A stretch of 64,000 nt of DNA from Macrostomum lignano (taxonomy: Eukaryota). Position 1 is the first letter of the stretch, and each line of letters starts with the position of its first letter. A program made the position numbers and the translations under genes. The stretch lies in NCBI GenBank assembly GCA_002269645.1, contig NIVC01000363.1, positions 62,001-126,000 on the forward strand. The letters are read 5' to 3'. Shown here one piece after another: positions 40,711 through 51,995 of the stretch. The notes under the pieces were generated by a model. That model searched no databases. It was not told the origin of the DNA and worked only from the letters and a program-made list of their open reading frames with translations.

Positions 40711-41771
40711 CGATTGTTCACTTTTGGAGGGGGTTGTTTGCTGTCTTGGGAATATTTTCTATTTAGGGAAACGATATTTTGTTGACTGTTTGTTAATTTT
40801 AGAGAAAAAGTGATTTTTTAATTTTGCAAACATCTTATTCCGTGACAATTTTACACAAATAAGGTGATTTTTAAAATGTGAAGAAGGAATTAGTGTTTAA
40901 GAAAATGTGTTTTTTTATTGTTTTCCATGAACTATTTTTGCTCCTTTCTTATTGGGCACCCCGAAGGGGGGCCGCACTAGATTGCTAGTTATATCTAAAA
41001 TACTATCTAAATTTCAAATAGTAGGGGGCCTAGGCAAAATTACAAAATATTTCTAATTCTAAACTGAACAAAATGCTTATGCTAGACTAGAAGCAGTTAG
41101 ACTAGCATCTTTTATAGTTGCTACACTAGTTAATAAATAGTTAGGCCTAGCCTATATATCTTTTTGTACATTTTCTAATGGTATAATTTATTTTAGATTA
41201 GCTATGTTATGTATAGTATGCTTATAATCAATTATAATAATAGTAAATAAGCCTATTAAAAAGTTAATTAATTATAATTGTGCAGGGCGATCTATAATTG
41301 TAAGAGTAATAATGTTTTTAAATTCGTGCCTAAACGCTAAGTAAATAGTTTGTTATACTGTACGATTTTCTCATAATTTTAATTTTACAAATATAACTTT
41401 TGTTTTAATCTACGAGTAAAATTAGTATAAATACAAGCAAATTCAGCGGAGAAGAAGCAACCTTGCGCATCGCGGTTCCGCAATAAGTAATTGATAATGA
41501 ATAGTAAGAGTTCCGAGAAAATAAGAATTGAAGAATTGTTTTCTGTATTCATTCCTTTAAGAAGTAAGAGTGAAATAGACGGAGGTGTGTACCATATATA
41601 CTACTAAGAAGGAAAGTGTTGAGTAGTAAAAAGTTGCGAAGTAGATCTGAAGTAAGACGTGTAAGAATAATGGAGGCTGTGACCCTCTGATCTCAATAAC
41701 GCCCAAGGACTTGCAAAGTACATGAAATACATATACCAGTAAGCCAAAATACCGATCAGGCCATTATTGAG

Positions 41772-41947
41772 TAGAACGCTACCAGAATAATAGAACGCTA
41801 CCAGAATAATAGAACGCTACCAGAATAATCAGAAGAGTAAAATCTTTCAGGGCTAACAGTTTTTCTAAGACTAATACTCAGACTGAATACTCAGACTAAT
41901 ACTCAGACTAATACTCAGACTAAATACTCAGACTAAATACTCAGACC
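41772..41947. repeat. Small tandem repeats: 19 bp x3 and 12-13 bp x~6
   Basis: TAGAACGCTACCAGAATAA at 41772, 41791 and 41810; TACTCAGACTAA(A) at about 41875-41947. Confidence 0.85.
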
Positions 41948-42009
41948 TATTCTAAGAAACATTTTTCAGATTATTCTAATATTGATAAACTCATAATTTA
42001 TTAATAGAA

Positions 42010-42290
42010 TAATCTTGGTGGCAGCTACCAACCTAAGAAGAACACTTAAGAGAATAGTAAATTAGCCCTGTGACAGCTTTTGGTGACTTTGTAAAATTAA
42101 TATTAAAGACAGAAGCTAGCCCTAGGACAACTTTGGTAACAGCAGTGGGATATTATTAAGAAGAAGCAAGATCCCCTGTTACAACTTTGGTGGCATTTAG
42201 TGGGATTCTCAGTGCACAGGAAACACGCCTGTAACAACTTGGTGACTCAGCGGTGGAATATACAGAGAGAGCCAAAAGGCCTGTAACATA
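42010..42290. repeat. Degenerate ~54-bp periodic repeat, about 5 units
   Basis: Core CCTGTNACAACTTTGGTG recurs near 42067, 42121, 42175, 42228 and 42280, with divergent sequence between cores. Confidence 0.65.
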
Positions 42291-43778
42291 ATTAAATCTG
42301 GCAATAGCAATATCTGCTAAGTATAATATTAGTTATATCTCAATTGAATAGGGCCTAGGCTAGGTCTAGTCTAGTTATCTAATTAGCTAATAATTTTTAT
42401 TAAAATATATACTTATTGATTGCATTATAAATTTAATATTAATTAAGTCTACTCTAGTCCTATGATTTTTGTTTAATATTCTATACATATAGGTTTAATA
42501 GACCCAATAAATTCAAACAATGTCAATGACAATGTTAGATATAGGTTTAGGCCTAATATAAAAATTATATATTTAATTAAAGTTGTTAATTTTATAAAAC
42601 TTTTAAGTTTAGGCCCTAGATTTAATAGCATATGTATAATTAATCTTTAAAGATATATTTACTATAATATAGAAATAAATAATCTTCATTTTATTTTAAA
42701 CTTATTAATTTTAGTAAAAATTAAGAATAGAAAAAGCTTTATCATAGTCTTAATACCTTTTAAAATGTATTACATAAATCAATCAATTAGTTTAGATAAA
42801 AATGAAATTTATATAAACTTAAATAACAAAATAAACTTTTATTGAACCATTTCTGCTATATCTGCATGCAAAGAGGACTTACATACATGCATTTCATGGA
42901 TCAAGTAATTATGAAGATGGTCCTGTTGGGCAACATTGGTCATTGGTTTTATTTTAAAAGCTTTTAGGTGAAAATTATGATTTGAATACGTGGTGTTTAT
43001 TATTAAGCTAGATAAAATATAATGTACTAATATTTCCAGTTCATGTAACAGTGCCAAAACAGCAGTCATGTTCAAGGCAATGTTTTTAAAGTTTTCATTT
43101 GCCAGCACCCCCATTTGTTATAGTGATTGTACTCAATTTTATTGTGTATTTGATTTGTTAGCTACTCTGTTACTTTAAAAGCCAGTTGTATATTTTGTCC
43201 TTTTTGTGTTACTGACCAAAGAAAACTAATGCTGTGCCTACTAATAGTAATTTTAGCATGAATAATTTGTATTTATTAATTTTTCTCTCTTGCAGATTCA
43301 AACTACTTTATTTGGGTATCTGTTTATTGTTGATCATATTATATTGGAATTAGTGTATCTATTCTTCACAGTCGAAAAACTGTGTTTGGTTGGTTGGTTT
43401 TTATTTTTTACAACTAAAGCTGGATGGCTTACCACAGAATTTATTTTGGTGATGTCATTATTTCTCTTGGCATTGCATACAGTCAATAATTTTCATATAT
43501 CCTGGTTTGGAACAACAGGAAAGTCTTATCTTCATCGTCTATCATTTGTTCAATAAGGCATACTGTGATTGTGATGTATTCACTGCGTTTTCTGCACTCG
43601 AAATAATATTTACCATGTTGAAATTGTCTGTTAAATAAATTGATAAGTTTATATTGTAAAGCAATTGTAATAAGTATACTTTTACTGCGGAAAATCTTAG
43701 CAGAAAATTGTTAAACGTGCTACTATTACTTTGTTTAGGTAATTTTTTTAGTCACTAAAAAATATTTTATACTTTTGT

Positions 43779-43872
43779 AAGTCAGGACTGGTACTTTGTA
43801 CCAGCAGGGGATACTTTGTAAGTCAGGACTGGTACTTTGTACCAGCAGGGGATACTTTTTAAGTCAGGACTG
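43779..43872. repeat. 41-bp tandem duplication (about 2.3 units)
   Basis: AAGTCAGGACTGGT recurs at 43779, 43820 and 43861. Confidence 0.85.
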
Positions 43873-44246
43873 GTTACTTTGTACATCATGTGATACTTTG
43901 GAAGTACTTCATACCAACATGGAAAACTTTCAAAGTATGAGTACTGGTACTTGTCACGTTTTGTCAATGTCTACTTTCCAAGTATTCAACGTTTTTTTGC
44001 CGGGTATACTCGTAGCTTTGCGTCCCTCGGATTCTCCTTGAATATTCTAGAATGCTTCTTAATTTCGCACAGTAGCTACTTGAACTTGACTGTTAGTCGT
44101 TTAAAAGCAACTTAGTTTGCAATATGCTTGTCAACCTTTTGATTTTTGAATTTATTCAAATAAACAATTCTGCTAGTAAAATTACAACCCTGCTGTTCTT
44201 CACAGTTATAGCTTGTGTTTGTGATTGTACATGTACAAGTAGATAT

Positions 44247-44704
44247 TAGGGATTGCAATCCCGGGACTAATTTTTGTTATTATTTTTACATAAAGTGTTG
44301 TAATATGAACATAATTAGGCCCACAACAAGTTTATTATACTGCGCTAATTTCCGTTAATTGCCTCACGTCGCGTGGCACCTTTTTAAACCCCGCATCACA
44401 GATTTAATGTGCAATTTATTCCAATATAAACTTTGATATATGATTTGTTCTTTACTACTAATTTGTACTTTTATACTACTTACTTAAATACGTCATAAGA
44501 TAATGCTGTTTTTCATCTACAAAAGGAATCATTATCTCTATAACAATCAAAAATGGAAGCAAAAAACATTTAGAGCATATTTTGCATTAAAATTTCAACC
44601 CAGAAGCTTGAAAATCTGTATTTTTCTGATCCCGGGATTGACCAAATTCCGGGATCAAATCCCGGGATCCCGGGATCGCAAAAACCAGGATTTTGCAATC
44701 CCTA
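44247..44704. mobile_element. hAT-type MITE (458 bp)
   Basis: Perfect 12-bp TIRs TAGGGATTGCAA / TTGCAATCCCTA; 8-bp TSD GTAGATAT / ATAGATAT (1 mismatch); subterminal CCCGGGA repeats. Confidence 0.85.
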
Positions 44705-45760
44705 ATAGATATCTATTCCCAGTGGGAAATTCTGGTACGCCCAAAGGGCGGCCGCGTTATCTCTCGTAGCAAGCCAACAGTAGTTTTTTAAAATAAAGCA
44801 ATCAATTTTTACGAACTTTTTTTGCATGCCATAATACTTGCAGTAGCACTACTACTTTAAAAAATGTGTTCTGTTCTGCAAATAGTTTCATTTAAAAACA
44901 TTTTCAGAAACATTCTGTAAACATAAAAACTGAAGTACGAGTATAAACCACCCGAAGATGATTTGATATGATAAACAGAGGTTTTATATTGCTAATGCTA
45001 AACCCCACGCGTGCACATGTTCAGTGCAAGACGTGCACGGATAGAGTAAAACAAAATAAACCGATTATTATGCATTTAGAATAGATTAATGAACTTCTTC
45101 ACTAATAGCAACTCCTTACACAAACATTTGTTAAACTGGCCTAGATTTGACCTCCAATTTATTCTTACATATTTTGGCAGTCTTCTTAGATTCAGCAATC
45201 CGCATACCGTAAGCGACTTTCACAAAATGTATCTTCAAACAACTGTAACATTCATCTGCACTTGCACAGTGCTCATCTGCTTGAGCAGCTCCGTAAGCAG
45301 CGACTGCCACCAGTCAAATCGAACTGTCAATCTAAACTACGGAACAATAGCGCAGGTATGGCAGCCACCCAGCAACCGAGTTGACTGTCTCAGATTGAGC
45401 TCCAACAACAACAGTAACGATGAGTTCCCTGCAAGTCACCAACTCAAATTCGGGCCCAGGTGGCTGGTGCTGCAATTGAAACAGCCAATGCTAGTTGCAA
45501 GCATTGATGTTTTCCAAGGTACAGGTGAGTGCAGAGGGCCAAGACACGCACTCGTAATCACGCTCTGAACACGGTGAACTTCTAATCGTCAGGCTTGTAC
45601 AGTCTCTCTGTGCCTTAGGGGTTGCCCCTTCTGGCACGACAACCCACCAGGCAATTTTCGTGCACCAAAGGTCCAAATGAATGTGGCCCCTCACGGAATC
45701 GAACCTATTCAAGGCTACTCAAGGTTTCTATGATAGACTTAAAATTTGGTTAGTAAATTA

Positions 45761-46067
45761 GAGATGTAGCCTAGCAGTTATAGCGTAGGACTCACAACTT
45801 GAAGGTCGAGGGTTCGATTCCCGATCCCACTGGAACAATTTGTGTCCTTCAGCGAGACACTTAACTCTGCATTGCTTCAGTTCACCCAGCTGTAAAATGG
45901 GTGCCGGCATTAGCTGGGGTAATTGAGGCTGTGTGTGGCGACCCCCAAGTCCTTGGACTGAAAAGCCGTACGCAGCCTTCAGATGCGCAGCACAATAGCT
46001 GCGGTTGAGCTGTCGGTTGCACATCTGCCAATTGGGGCAGGGGTAACCAATATCATTATTATTATTT
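45761..46067 (+). mobile_element. tRNA-derived CORE-type SINE in intron 1 of gene A1
   Basis: A box TAGCCTAGCAG, B box GGTTCGATTCC, CORE-like TGTGTCCTTCAGCGAGACACTTAAC...CTGTAAAATGGG, (ATT)n tail. Confidence 0.8.
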
Positions 46068-46505
46068 AGCACGAAATCTCCACCAACTCAACAAAGGTGT
46101 GAAAGCATTTGGCTCACTGTCACTGCCACTGGCGATAAAGTTTGAGGACCCGTGCAGAACCCGGTTGAGCGTGATCAATAACGGCACAGATTGGCGACCA
46201 CTGATCGGTCACGTGGCTTCTGCAAACCAGATGTGAATGAAAATCATTAAGTGACTATTGTCTAGTTCGTCGATTTTAAAACTGACTCAACTTTACACAC
46301 ATATTTACAGAAGCCAGTTGCCTACATAATGCTGAACAGCTCGACGAATGCATTGAGCTGGCAAGCGATAAATATCACAGGTAAACAGTGCTCGACCCAA
46401 TACGCTTTAACTCCCAAGCTATTCATAAGAAACACAATATATTCGAAAAAAGTAAGTGTGCATCACATTTTTCTATTTTCGAGACGGGTTGATTGTCCAC
46501 TAAAG

Positions 46506-46614
46506 CGGGGCTTTAGCACCAGTGGGGAATTTAGCATCAGGGGTTTTAGCACCAGGGGCTTTAGCACCAGGGGTTTTAGCACCAGGGGCTTTAGCACCAG
46601 GGGCTTTAGCACCA
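46506..46614. repeat. 15-bp minisatellite (GGGGCTTTAGCACCA), about 7 units, intron 3 of A1
   Basis: Direct reading. Confidence 0.9.
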
Positions 46615-47165
46615 ACACAAGCTATAAAATATATTTGAGTACAATAAATCGATTTTAAGTAGACCACATAACAATCAATTGTCTAAAAAACATTTAAGGT
46701 GGCCAGCCGCGGCTGCAACTACTGTCAAATGAGACCTACATATACTGTAGCAGCCTTGCTCAGGCACTCAGCTTGACCCTTGGCGACAAAATCTGTTTCG
46801 AGGTAGCCGAGATCAACGCTGCGACAACGAAGCCGCTTCTGAAATTGATTGCGTCATTGCTGCTTTCGATGGCAAAATTTCGAGAGTGAATAAGGTGAAT
46901 TTTCTCAGGTGCTTTCATCATAAACCATGCAGATGTACTCGTATTTTATGGACCAGTAGATGATTAGATACGTTGGAACGTCTGAGCACGCACAAACGAT
47001 GTGAAATCTGCATACCATCTGTTTGCAGACATTGTTTCATCAAATTTAAGAAGGCCGAATTCTAAAATTGATCGATCGGCCCTCGTATGGGCGATATAGC
47101 AAGTCCTCATAAGCTTGCTGCTAAGGCTTAAACTGATTGGTTAATGCGGGGGTCGGCAAATAGTA

Positions 47166-47420
47166 CAGGGGTCGGCAAACTCCATCCCGCAAGCCACATG
47201 CCCACAAGGCCTCTCTATCCGGGTCCTTTGAAACTTCACAATAGTAATCCGGCCCGCTCAAGGTCTCTTCTCAGCTCTCTTCTCTCTAATGACCTATCTC
47301 TTCTTTTTTTCTCTCCTCTCCCTTCTCTCCTCTCCTCTCCTCTTGTCTCCCTCTCTTCTCCTTTGTTCATCTCTTCACTTTTCTCTATTCCTTCTCTTTT
47401 CTTCCCTACTTTGGCCTCCA
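47166..47420 (+). mobile_element. Degenerate hAT-MITE-like fragment with a CT-rich interior; related copy at about 60480-60745
   Basis: CAGGGGTCGGCAAAC is a typical hAT TIR start; GAAACTTCACAATAG.AATCCG.CCCGCT is shared with 60507-60535; the opposite TIR was not found. Confidence 0.4.
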
Positions 47421-47615
47421 GCCATACGCTAGGTTCACCATACTTACAAAAATTTTACAACTTTTTAACATATTGTACGATTGCACGATGCGCCCGACAC
47501 TTGCGCTATAATGTGCATCGTTTAGATTCGCAATCCTTGAAGCATTCCAGATTTAACGTCAAAAGACTTCCTTTTTTACCTCTCACCATTTTTGTAGCTG
47601 ACTTGCCAACCAGGC

Positions 47616-47943
47616 TGTAGTGTCTGTCTATCGGTTAGCTCGTACTCGCACTCCTCAGTCCCACCAGGCACCGGTCTTTGTCTAGCCGTTACAGTCATCA
47701 CTGTACGGCCAATGCACGCACAAGTCCTATGCACAAGTCTGTCTGTCTGCACCCCGCACCCCCAACAAGCATAGGCCTGCCGGTTGTCTTCCCCCAAGCT
47801 GGGAAGCAGAGAGAGATAAATAAAGAAGCCCGAGGCCTGGCGCCTCTGTAAGAAGCTACGAACCAAGATCGAGCTGGCCTACGAGGCTCACACACACGCT
47901 CGTGCACAATCTTATTCTTATTCATTTGGAGCTAGACTCCACA
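47616..47943 (+). repeat. 5' LTR (328 bp)
   Basis: Begins TGTAGTG after the TSD and ends CTCCACA before the PBS; the last ~157 bp match the 3' LTR with 1 mismatch seen. Confidence 0.92.
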
Positions 47944-47944
47944 G

Positions 47945-47958
47945 TGGCGACGAGGATG
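47945..47958 (+). promoter_or_regulatory. Primer-binding site, tRNA-Ser(GCU)-type
   Basis: TGGCGACGAGGATG is complementary to the CATCCTCGTCG-CCA 3' end of metazoan tRNA-Ser(GCU); it overlaps the gag ATG at 47956. Confidence 0.75.
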
Positions 47959-50900
47959 TCCGCTATCGGCACAGTCGAGCCCTTCGAGGAGGGAAAAGAC
48001 TGGTGCGCCTACGAGGAACGTGTAGCCCTCTATATGAGCGCAAACAGAATTAAGGACGAAAGCCAGAAGAAGGCGGTTTTTCTAACCTTGATCGGCCGCC
48101 AATGCTATGCAACCCTACGAAATCTGTGCTCGCCAGGGAAGCCTTCTGATCTGTCCTACGAAGAGCTGGTAAAGCTACTCAAGGACCACTTCCAGCCAAA
48201 GAAGCCGGTCATTGCTGAGCGGTTTCGCTTCTACAAGCGAGTTCAGAAGGACGGAGAGTCGGCTGCACAGTTTTTGGCCACCCTCCGCAGTCTGGCGGAG
48301 ACCTGCGACTTCGGAACTTTTCTGGAAGACGCATTGTGTGACTGCTTCGTCTGTGGACTCCGGGAGCCGCAAGTGCAGAAGCGGTTGTTGACTGTCAGCA
48401 CCCTGACGCTCGAGAAGGCCAAGGAAATCGCTCAAGCAGCAGAAATCGCGGAAGCGGAGGCCAACAGCTGGCGCGCCAAGCCGGAGGTCAATTTGGTCGG
48501 TAAAGCCGCGTCACCACGACGGCCGTGCATGCGCTGTGGCTCCAGGCAGCACCTGTCGGCGGAGTGCCAGCACCGGAACACCAAGTGTCACGCCTGTGGC
48601 AAGCTGGGCCACTTGAAGGCCGTCTGTCTATCGAGCCAAAAGACCTGCGCCGGAGGGGCTCCTAGCAGTCAGCAAAGCGGCTTGAAATTCAGTGGCCACA
48701 AGAACAGAAAGTCCATCAGGGCCGTTCACCCAGACGAGAGCGAGGAGCACCGCGGCGGGGAAAGCGACGACTCGGCAAAGGTGACGTGGATCTCCCAGGT
48801 CTGCAGCGGTAAGGAAAGGCACCTGAGTGCTCAGCTACACATCAACGGGCGACCGCTGAGGATGCAGGTGGACACCGGAGCTTGCGCCAGCCTCGTATCT
48901 AAGCAGCACTGGAAGCAGCTGGGTCGGCCGCGACTACAGAACGCCGAGGTTCAACTGCGCACCTGGACAGGCGAGAGCATCCCAGTGCTGGGGTCTGCGA
49001 ATGTGGAAGTGCAGTACGGCACGCAGACTTGCGAGCTGCCCCTGATAGTCACCAGCCTAGAGAAGGCAAGCCCGTTAATGGGCCGGGACTGGCTAAGGAA
49101 CATTCGGCTGAACTGGAAGGAGATCTTCGCCATCAGCGATCCAGTTCCACCGGAGATCTCAGCTACGCCAACAGCGCCACCAGAGTTGGACGGCCTGCTG
49201 CAGAAGTTTGCGGACGTGTTCGAGCCGGGCCTGGGCAACTTCACCCAGCACAGTGTGAAGCTGCGGCTGCAAGAGGACGCGCTGCCCAAGTTCTGCAAGG
49301 CCCGACCCGTGCCGTACGCCCTGAAGTCCAAGATCGACGCGGAGTTGCAGCGGATGCAGGAAGTAGGGGTGATAGAGCCCGTTCGGCATAGCGACTGGGC
49401 GACTCCGGTCGTGCCCGTAAGCAAGCCAAACGGGACCATCAGACTGTGCGGTGACTACAAGGTCACGCTGAACCCGCAGCTGAAGATCGACCACTACCCT
49501 ATGCCGACGCCAGAGGAGCTCTACGACGCGGTCGGCGGCGGCAAGATCTTCTCCAAGCTGGACCTGTCGGAATGCTACCTGCAGTTTCCACTGGACGAGG
49601 CCAGCCAAGACTTGACCACCATCAACACCCACAAGGGACTGTTTAAGTTCAAGCGACTTCCATATGGAGTCAGCTCGGCGCCTGCGCTATGCCAGCAGAT
49701 CATGGAGTCTGTGCTGCAGGGTGCCAGCTCAACTTGCTGCCGGATTGACGACATCTTGGTGGCAGGGAAAAACTCGGAGGACCACCTGAGTAATCTGCGG
49801 GAGGTTCTGAACCGTTTGCGCAAAGCTGGACTCCGACTCAAGCTAGAGAAGTGCAGGTTCTTTGAGAGCGGGGTGGAGTACCTGGGCTCGCTTATTAGCA
49901 GCGAAGGGGTCCGGAAGAGTCCAAAGAAGGTCGAGGCCATCAGAGCCAGCCCGAAGCCGACAACCGTGTCCGAGTTGCGGTCCTTTCTAGGTCTGGCAAA
50001 CTACTACGCCAAGCATGTTGCTAACTTCTCGACAAAGGCGGCCCCGCTGTACAAGCTTCTTCGCAAGGACACCGCGTGGGAGTGGACAGCGAGCCAGCAG
50101 TCGGCCTGGGAGGCTTTGAAGGAGGCACTTGCGTCAGACACCGTGCTGACTGGCTACAACCCCGACTGGCCGCTGATACTGGCTGCGGATGCCTCCTCCG
50201 TCGGCATTGGAGCCGTCATCTCCCACGTGGTGCCTGACGGAACCGAGAAGCCGATCGCCTTCGCCTCACGGAGCTTGAACGCCGCGGAGAAGAATTACGC
50301 TCAGATCGAGAAGGAGGCACTGGCGATCATCTTTGGCATGAAGAAGTTTCACAACTACACATACGGCCAGAAGATCACCATCATCACTGACCACCAGCCC
50401 CTGACGAGCATCTTTGGACCGAAAAACGGCGTCTCGGCGACAGCAGCAGCACGTCTGCAGCGATGGGCGCTCACGCTGGCCGCGTACGACTACGACATCC
50501 GCTACAAAAACACCAAGCAGCACGGTAACGCTGACTTCCTGTCACGGCTACCCCTGGCGACCCAGTTGGAAGCCGACGACTCCAGAGGGGTGTTCTGGAC
50601 AGACGAAGAGGGCCAGGGCAGCGAAGACTGGCCACTGCTGGCCAAAGACATTGCTAGCGCCAGTCAACGAGACACCGACCTCCAGGAGGTGTTGCGGTAC
50701 ACGCGTGACGGATGGCCGCACGCCTGGCGCGGCAGTCAAGAGCCTTACCTTACGGCGACATGAGCTCAGTTTGGAGGAGGGCTGCCTGCTGTGGGGGGGG
50801 GCGCGGGTCGTCATCCCTGCGGCACTGCGATCTCGCGTTCTGCAAGAGCTGCACGCTGATCATGCCGGCATCGTGAGAATGAAGTCGGTGGCGCGAAGCT

Positions 50901-51790
50901 TCGTGTGGTGGCCTGGCCTGGATCAAGACATCGAGCGGGTGGCTGGCTCCTGCAGCCAGTGCCAGATGACGCGGCCGGAGACTACGGCGCCACTTCACCC
51001 CTGGATCTGGCCGGACCAACCGTGGGAGCGGATCCACATGGACTTCGCGGGTCCCGTGGAGGGCCAGAACTATCTTCTAGTTGTGGACGCACACTCCAAG
51101 TGGCCACACGTAGAGCAAGTCAGCAGTCTTACAAGCGCTGAGGTCGTGAAGCGGTTGCGGCGTCTTTTCGCCCAGTGGGGGCTGCCACACCAGATCGTGT
51201 CTGACAACGGGCCAGCCTTCGCTAGTGCGGAGTTTCAAGATTTCTGCAAGAGCAACGGAATTAAGCACATCCGCAGTAGCCCATACCACCCGAAGACCAA
51301 CGGCCTGGTGGAGCGCCTGGTAGGCAGCTTCAAGCGGGCCATGAAGTCCAGCCAGGCGGACGCAGGGAACGCCGACAAGCGACTGCAGAACTGGCTGCTT
51401 GGCTACCGCGCCACACAACACCCAACCACTGGCCGGGCCCCGGCGCAGCTCATGCTCGGCCGGGGGCTGCGGACGCGCATGGATCTGATGCGGCCGTCTA
51501 CTCGAGACCGGGTTCTTCGTGCTCAGGCAGATCAGAAAAAGCTCCACGACCGCAAGGCTCGCCACGCCGATCAACTGCCGGACCAGGTGTGGGCGCGGGA
51601 TTACCGCCGTGGCGCAGAGCGTTGGACGGAAGGCCGGGTGACAGAGCAGACCGGGCCACTCAGCTACCGAGTGGAGACCCGGGATGGCGTCATCGAGCGC
51701 CGGCACGCCGACCAGCTGCGGCCACGAACTACGCCGACGCCGCTAGCCGCCAGCCGCCTGTCGACTGAGACCGTGAGACCGGCGACGTGA
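47956..51790 (+). CDS. Gypsy gag-pol polyprotein, frameshifted near 50750 (probably again near 51760)
   Basis: Two CCHC knuckles (CMRCGSRQHLSAEC, CHACGKLGHLKAVC); protease VDTGA; RT KLDLSECYLQF...RIDD; RNase H LAADASSVG...EKEALA; integrase HHCC and D-D-E (HMDFAG, VSDNG, GLVER). The typical C-terminal RRSARTRQEPDRL lies in a third frame at 51892. Confidence 0.93.
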
Positions 51791-51995
51791 CGGACCGAGC
51801 CGGCGATGAGGCCGGCGACGCGGAGTTCGCCAGCTCGGCCCCTGAAGTTGATTCGGGCCAGCCGGCGAGGGACGTCGAATCGCCGCAGATGCGCCGCTCA
51901 GCGCGAACGCGACAGGAACCGGACCGGCTGCTGTACACTAAACCGGGAACTCCCGGATGTGACTGATTAGAGACAATCGCGTTTTGGTAGGGAAG

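Larger units (their letters stand above)
16387..40988 (+). mobile_element. Giant non-autonomous Helitron D (24.6 kb) carrying a satellite array
   Basis: 5' TCCAATATACTAAAAATG with ~550 bp homologous to the A/B 5' ends; 3' part has the GCACTAGCTACTT junction and 18-bp-like repeats shared with A, then hairpin CCCCGAAGGGG (~40959-40969) and CTAG at 40985-40988, followed by T. Confidence 0.88.

Noticed and set aside
42016-42025. PBS-like TGGTGGCAGC suggesting an LTR element at 41.3-42.3 kb
   Set aside because: No CA-ending LTR, second LTR, TSD or gag/pol remnant could be identified.
42010-42290. CRISPR-like repeat-spacer appearance (also considered for the 23/24-bp arrays)
   Set aside because: Eukaryotic context, degenerate cores, no cas genes, and the large arrays have no unique spacers.
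42839-43556. ORFs 42839-43114 (-) and 43290-43556 (+)
   Set aside because: AT-rich, non-ATG starts, no recognisable motifs and no consistent exon chain.
48175-51706. Antisense and alternate-frame ORFs over the Gypsy pol and RepHel exons
   Set aside because: Expected shadows of GC-rich coding sequence; no independent motifs.
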